Part shown: positions 43,943 through 48,487 of the stretch, piece after piece | Layout: each line of letters opens with the position of its first letter | How positions within the stretch are numbered: the stretch's first letter is position 1 | IMG/VR virus record: IMGVR_UViG_3300044788_000021 | Span: 1-48,487 of that record | Length of the DNA stretch: 48,487 bases | Strand: one strand, 5' to 3' | Origin: a virus | Taxonomy: Duplodnaviria; Caudoviricetes | The notes under the pieces: generated by a model | Databases searched by the model: none | Seen by the model: the letters and a program-made list of their open reading frames with translations, nothing else | Told to the model about the DNA's origin: nothing | Position numbers and translations under genes: made by a program

Positions 43943-44443
43943 ATGGCCTGCGATTTGGGCACGTGCACCGGATGGGCGGTCGCCCTACCCGGGGCCGAGC
44001 CCGTTTATGGCCACTGGCGTCTCCCGTCCGATCGAGGCGACGGCGCCTTTTTCAATCGGTTCCGGCAACTCCTCCTCGATCACATCACCGTGCACGCGCC
44101 GCGGCTGATCGTCTATGAGGCCCCGCTGATCACCGCATCGGCCACCAGTGTTAGCACGGTGATGCGCCTCTTCGGTCTTGCCGCTCATACGCTCGAAATC
44201 GCCTACGCCAGAGAGGTCCGCTGCGAAGCGGCCAACAACTCAACCGTCAAGAAATACGTCACCGACAATGGCCGGGCGAAGAAGCCCGAGGTCATGGACG
44301 CGATCCGCGCGCGGGGGTGGAACCCAGAAAACGACAATGTCGGCGATGCCTTGGCCGTGTTGCTCTGGGCCGAGAGCAAATTTGCTCCTCGGGTCACGCG
44401 CGCCGCCGGGCCGCTGTTCAGCCGGCCGGAGGCGTCGCCATGA
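43943..44443 (+). CDS. RuvC-like Holliday junction resolvase
   Basis: ACDLGTCTGWA, IVYEAP, VKKYVT.NGRAKK, DNVGDALAV. Confidence 0.8.
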   Translation: MACDLGTCTGWAVALPGAEPVYGHWRLPSDRGDGAFFNRFRQLLLDHITVHAPRLIVYEAPLITASATSVSTVMRLFGLAAHTLEIAYAREVRCEAANNSTVKKYVTDNGRAKKPEVMDAIRARGWNPENDNVGDALAVLLWAESKFAPRVTRAAGPLFSRPEASP

Positions 44444-44531
44444 CGCTCGCTGCGCCTGTGCTGCCGGATGCCCGGGCGACCGACGCGCCGCGCGAGGCGG
44501 GGGATCTGTTCGGGGCGGAGGGAGCGGCGCC

Positions 44532-45206
44532 GTGAGCGGCGAGTGGCCTTTCGGCGATCTGCCGCGCGGGCACTACGGCGCGATCTATGCCGATCCGCCA
44601 TGGCTATTCGCGGTGTGGAGTGGAGAGACGGCGGTAAAAGCTCGGGGATCATCCACAACAACCTTTACCCCCGCCGCGGTCCACTACCAAACCCAGTCGC
44701 TGAAAGAAATTGCTGCTCTGCCCATAGCGGACCTCGCGACCGCCGATAGCGCACTCTTCATGTGGATCACATGGCCCCTGCTTCCGCAAGCAATGGGGCT
44801 GATCGAGGCTTGGGGCTTCGTCTACAAGACGTGCGCTTTCGCCTGGATGAAGGGTCACGCGAAGCAGATCGAGATGTTCCGCGACGACATCGACGCCAGC
44901 ATGGGCATGGGTTACTGGACCCGCGCCAACAGCGAGGTCTGCCTCCTCGCCACGCGCGGCCACCCAAAGCGCCTCAACGCCGACGTGCGGCAGGGCATCA
45001 TCGAGCCGCGCCGGGAGCACAGCCGCAAGCCCGACTGCGTGCCGGGCCGCATCGAGCGGCTGGTTGCTGGGCCGTATATCGAGCTGTTCGCCAGGACCAC
45101 GCGGCTGGGCTGGAGTTCGTGGGGCAACGAGACCAACAAGTTCGCCCCGCGCCCGTATGACCCCGAGGTCGACGCCCGCGACAGCCATGACGGGGCCGCG
45201 CAGTGA
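44532..45206 (+). CDS. MT-A70 family adenine methyltransferase
   Basis: IYADPPW, LFMWIT, AWGFVYKT, GMGYWTRANSE, REHSRKP, IELFAR. Confidence 0.92.
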   Translation: MSGEWPFGDLPRGHYGAIYADPPWLFAVWSGETAVKARGSSTTTFTPAAVHYQTQSLKEIAALPIADLATADSALFMWITWPLLPQAMGLIEAWGFVYKTCAFAWMKGHAKQIEMFRDDIDASMGMGYWTRANSEVCLLATRGHPKRLNADVRQGIIEPRREHSRKPDCVPGRIERLVAGPYIELFARTTRLGWSSWGNETNKFAPRPYDPEVDARDSHDGAAQ

Positions 45207-45577
45207 CCGGCTATCAATACCTGGCCACCGTCTACTCGAAACACCCTCGCGGCATCGTGCAGGCGTGGCTGGAATCATGCCGTTTTGCGGCGGTGTTCCT
45301 CCGGGCGGGCGTGCCGGTGTTTTGCCCGATTGCGCACACACACCCGATCGCCATACAGGGTCTGATCGATCCCTACGATCACGGCATTTGGCTGCCCGCT
45401 GACCGTCCCCTGATGGAAGGGGCCGCCGGCATGATCGTTGTCACATCGGAAGGCTGGCTGGATTCGATTGGGATTGCCGCCGAGATCGCCTATTTCGCCA
45501 GCGTCGGAAAACCGATCGTCTACTGGTCGCCTGGCGAGCCGGTCCCGCCGTTCTTCCTGCCGGATGCTGCGAAATGA
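45203..45577 (+). CDS. DUF1937 / nucleoside deoxyribosyltransferase-like protein
   Basis: YLATVYS, VFCPIAHTH, GWLDSIGIAAEI, GKPI. Confidence 0.75.
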   Translation: MTGYQYLATVYSKHPRGIVQAWLESCRFAAVFLRAGVPVFCPIAHTHPIAIQGLIDPYDHGIWLPADRPLMEGAAGMIVVTSEGWLDSIGIAAEIAYFASVGKPIVYWSPGEPVPPFFLPDAAK

Positions 45578-45822
45578 GGCCGCCGCTCTGCATCTGTGGC
45601 AAGGCGCTGATGCGCGACAAGCGCGGTCGGCCGCGGGCGACGTGCGGGGCGTATGCGTGCTTCATCGCGATCTCTGCCAACGTCGGTCTGCGTCCAGTTG
45701 CGCGTAGTTTGCCTTGGCCAAAAGTTGAAGGCGAAATCGTCGCCGACTTTCGGTCGCATAACGTCAACACCAGTGACTTCGGCAAGGCGACACCAAAGCC
45801 TGCCTGGGAGCGGTGGATATGA
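45574..45822 (+). CDS. Small Cys-containing hypothetical protein
   Basis: ATGA coupling; CICG...TCG..AC. Confidence 0.5.
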   Translation: MRPPLCICGKALMRDKRGRPRATCGAYACFIAISANVGLRPVARSLPWPKVEGEIVADFRSHNVNTSDFGKATPKPAWERWI

Positions 45823-46019
45823 TCGCCCCCGTAGCCAATGAGATAGCCAATGAGCAGATCGCATACTGGAAACGCCGGAACGTGACCGCGACCGAGGCAT
45901 GGTCCGCGCTCACCGGCGGCCCGGTCTGGCACGCCGACTGGTGGGAGGTCCGGGGACAGATGGTGCGCTGGCTCCTCGTGCACGGCGAGGCGCCGGCGGT
46001 TACGCGGCTGGCGGCGTGA
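45813..46019 (+). CDS. Hypothetical protein
   Basis: Overlap-coupled ORF in the operon. Confidence 0.5.
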   Translation: MDMIAPVANEIANEQIAYWKRRNVTATEAWSALTGGPVWHADWWEVRGQMVRWLLVHGEAPAVTRLAA

Positions 46020-46028
46020 GGATTAGGT

Positions 46029-47138
46029 TTGAGGATGGGCGATTTACCGGAACCGTTGGTGTCACCTGATGTCGATGTCCGCGATCTTGACGGCTTCATG
46101 CTCAACGTCGAGCGGCTGATGGCGTCTGAGCTGGTGGCATTGGCCACAGCGGAGGAATTTCGAGCAGCTGTATTCCTCTGGTGCCGAGCGTGGAAGCAAG
46201 TTCCGGCGGCCTCGTTGCCGAACAACGAGCGTGTTCTCGCCGGATTCTCGGGGGCCGGTACGCGCTGGTCCAAGATCCGAGAGATGGCGATGCACGGATT
46301 CGTATTGTGCTCCGACGACCGCTTTTACCACCCCGTTCTGTCGCAGGAGGCACTGCGCGCGTTCGAGCGGAAACAGCTTTTTCGGGACAAAAAAACCAGG
46401 GACGCGCAGAGGCTGAAGAACTGGCGCGACACACGGACGGCGGACGATGCCGGCTGGGAGGGGTTGAGGCAGGCTGCGTTCGACCGCGACGACAGGAAGT
46501 GCCTTACCTGCGGGTCGATTGATGATCTGCACTGCGACCATATCCGCCCGCTGCGATATGGCGGCGATAACGATATGGCAAACCTGCAAACGCTCTGCCG
46601 CTCATGCCATGGCAAGAAAATGGCGACAGAGAGGCATCGATATGCCCGTGAAACACGTACGGACGGCACATCGCATGCCAGTGATATGCAGTTCGTCGCG
46701 GAAGGACAGGGACAGGGACAGGGACAGGGAGAAAGTAAGAAGGAAGATTCCGAAGCTATCGCTTCGGCGGCCGAAGCTCCGCCGGACCCGACCCGCGAGC
46801 TGTGGGATCGTGGCAAAAATCTGCTCGGCCCGAACAAGGGTGCCCTGCTCGGGAAAATGCGCAAGGAGCACGGCGATGTGGCTGTGCTGGAAGCAATCGT
46901 TAAATGCGAGGAAGAACAGCCAAGCGAGCCTGCGGGATTCCTCATCGCTTGCTTAGCACGAGCGTCCCCGAAGTCAGGAAACGGAAAGCATCCAGGAACA
47001 TACCGGCCCGGTCCGGTCGCCGCTCTTTTTGAAGGTGCCCATAATGCCGCAGAGGCGTACATCAAACGACATGGACTCGATCAGGCAGATATCTGCCCTG
47101 ATATCCCGAATGCTAGGCCATTATTGGACCGCAAATGA
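46029..47138 (+). CDS. Replication initiator-like protein (DUF1376-like N-terminus) with internal HNH domain
   Basis: LWCRAWKQVPAASLP...GFVLCSDDRFYHP; central RDDRKCLTCG...DHI...NLQTLCRSCH; GQGQ linker; C-terminal helical domain. Confidence 0.75.
   Translation: MRMGDLPEPLVSPDVDVRDLDGFMLNVERLMASELVALATAEEFRAAVFLWCRAWKQVPAASLPNNERVLAGFSGAGTRWSKIREMAMHGFVLCSDDRFYHPVLSQEALRAFERKQLFRDKKTRDAQRLKNWRDTRTADDAGWEGLRQAAFDRDDRKCLTCGSIDDLHCDHIRPLRYGGDNDMANLQTLCRSCHGKKMATERHRYARETRTDGTSHASDMQFVAEGQGQGQGQGESKKEDSEAIASAAEAPPDPTRELWDRGKNLLGPNKGALLGKMRKEHGDVAVLEAIVKCEEEQPSEPAGFLIACLARASPKSGNGKHPGTYRPGPVAALFEGAHNAAEAYIKRHGLDQADICPDIPNARPLLDRK
46704..46730 (+). repeat. (GGACAG)4 microsatellite encoding GQGQGQGQG
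   Basis: Four exact hexamers plus GGA. Confidence 0.9.
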
Positions 47139-47616
47139 ACCAGAGGAAGCCAGGCGGGCGCAGATCGAGGATTGGTTCGAGGATGTCGCTGAGTTCGGGC
47201 CAGGCATTGTGGCCGAGGCTTGTGGGGCGTGGCGAAGGTCGGAAAGCCGCAGGCCAACACCGGCCGACATCCGGGCGCTTTGCATCCGGGAGCAGACCGA
47301 ACACGCGCCGGTCAGGAGGGTGACGATATCGGGCCCAACAGATCGAGACGCCTGGGCTCGTTCGCTCGGCTGGTCATCCTTTCTCGAACGGCAGGACGCA
47401 ATCGCGGCGGAGAAGCAACGCCAGCTTAACGGCGATTGGAATCATCCCGAACGCCGGACACCCGTTGCAACGGCGCGCGGCTTCAAGTCGGCCGCCGCCG
47501 CTCTTGGCGTGACAGCACGGGAATATACCCCGGAGGAGATGGCGGCTGGCCGGCGTGCGCTAGGGCTCGATGGTGCCACGCAGAATGCGCCGAGAAACTC
47601 GGGAGGTGAGAGATGA
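47071..47616 (+). CDS. Helicase loader/inhibitor-like replication accessory protein
   Basis: DWFEDVAEF...EACGAWRR...RPTPADIRALC; follows the initiator. Confidence 0.6.
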   Translation: MDSIRQISALISRMLGHYWTANEPEEARRAQIEDWFEDVAEFGPGIVAEACGAWRRSESRRPTPADIRALCIREQTEHAPVRRVTISGPTDRDAWARSLGWSSFLERQDAIAAEKQRQLNGDWNHPERRTPVATARGFKSAAAALGVTAREYTPEEMAAGRRALGLDGATQNAPRNSGGER

Positions 47617-47834
47617 AAGTCCGTCGTGTACTCGACCAGGAGCGCATCCGCGAATTTCGGAAAAACGGATGGTCCAATAAGCAGATTGCTGCCTACTTCG
47701 ATCTGCCGGTCAACAGCATTAGTCGGGGCATGTGGGTAGATCAGCAATGGGAAGCCGACCCGACCCTTCGCGCCCGTTGGGAAGCCCGTCTCCCTGCCAT
47801 GAAGACGGCGATCAGCGCCGAGGTCGGCCGGTGA
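47613..47834 (+). CDS. Small HTH protein
   Basis: GWSNKQIAAYFDLPVNSISR. Confidence 0.65.
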   Translation: MKVRRVLDQERIREFRKNGWSNKQIAAYFDLPVNSISRGMWVDQQWEADPTLRARWEARLPAMKTAISAEVGR

Positions 47835-47894
47835 TGGCTATCCGTCGATTCATACGGGAAAAAATAATATTGCCGGGATTGCCGGCAATCTGAT

Positions 47895-48392
47895 ATGAAC
47901 ATGCCCCACGTTCCAAAATCGCGCTCTTTCGACCAAAACGGCGTTCTCGCGCTGCCGGATATCCTCGCCCAATCGTGGACGAAAGACGATATCCGCCACC
48001 GCTTGACCGAGGCCGCGGATACGATCCGGCGCTTGCTAATACCAAAATTCGGCATCCCCGCGGGGGTCCGCGCAGGCTGGCCCGACGTCGTCTATGAGTG
48101 GACCGCTTACGGCTACAGCCCCACGCAATTGCGCAAGACCCCCCCCTCATCCGAGGCGATCGACCGCCTTGACCAAACGCTTCCCTGGCTCTACCTGCTG
48201 ACCAATGATCAGCGCAAGATCGTCTGGGCGCGCGCGGATGGGTTGACGTGGCGGACGATCGAGGCGCTCGACGATGACGACCGCAAGGGACGCGGACGGC
48301 AAGAGCGACAACTACGCAACATCTACGATGATGCCGAGGCGCGGATACTGGCTCATCTCAACGGCACGAGGAAGCGGGCGGTGATCGGATGA
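47895..48392 (+). CDS. DUF6362-like putative late-transcription regulator
   Basis: RLTEAADTIRRL...WP...PPSSEAIDRLDQTLPWL...RKIVWARA..LTW; last gene before cos (Q-like position). Confidence 0.7.
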   Translation: MNMPHVPKSRSFDQNGVLALPDILAQSWTKDDIRHRLTEAADTIRRLLIPKFGIPAGVRAGWPDVVYEWTAYGYSPTQLRKTPPSSEAIDRLDQTLPWLYLLTNDQRKIVWARADGLTWRTIEALDDDDRKGRGRQERQLRNIYDDAEARILAHLNGTRKRAVIG

Positions 48393-48447
48393 GGCCCGGA
48401 CCTCGCCGCGCGCTCCTATATGCGTGCGCCATACCGCCCCCCGATGT

Positions 48448-48487
48448 GGGTCCTTCCAGCCTCCCCACGATATGAGGGCGCACTTCG
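48448..48487 (+). other. cosQ-like heptamer and right copy of the terminal repeat
   Basis: GGGTCCT at 48448-48454, then 21 nt, then GGGCGCACTTCG; similar spacing to lambda cosQ-cosN. Confidence 0.7.

Noticed and set aside
46704-46730. GGACAG repeats as origin iterons
   Set aside because: Hexamers encoding a Gly-Gln linker are too short to call iterons without further evidence
46029-47138. Intein carrying the HNH domain
   Set aside because: No N-terminal Cys/Ser splice block or terminal His-Asn followed by Cys/Ser/Thr is recognisable, and the insert is too short
44532-47138. Restriction-modification system (MT-A70 plus HNH)
   Set aside because: The genes are not adjacent, the HNH is part of the initiator, and orphan MT-A70 genes are common in this phage region

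Overview
The window reads as one complete, unit-length genome (48,487 bp, GC-rich) of a temperate siphovirus-type phage, most likely of an Alphaproteobacterium. It opens and closes on the same 11-mer (GGCGCACTTCG), with a lambda cosQ-like GGGTCCT just before the right copy. Gene order: lambda-type terminase, gpW and portal; HK97-type protease; capsid; a long accessory fibre cluster between the head and tail genes (about 8.0-14.7 kb); a non-contractile tail with a frameshifted chaperone and tape measure; tail-tip and SPRY-domain fibre genes; a lysis region; a 3.39-kb IS1-family element with cargo genes inserted in a phage gene; attP (3' part of tRNA-Gln-CTG), integrase and excisionase; a leftward early operon (RecT, HNH); a CI/Cro-type switch with five palindromic operators; and a rightward operon (CII-like, GcrA-like, GapR-like, RuvC-like, MT-A70, replication initiator with an internal HNH, late regulator). 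The most interesting signals are (1) repeated signs of modular fibre assembly, namely repeat 'ruler' proteins beside small beta-sandwich subunits and neighbouring proteins that share terminal beta-strand motifs, suggesting donor-strand polymerisation, and (2) the cargo-carrying IS1 element with a shared operator-like motif. Family assignments come from motif recognition by eye, not database searches, and GC statements are visual estimates.
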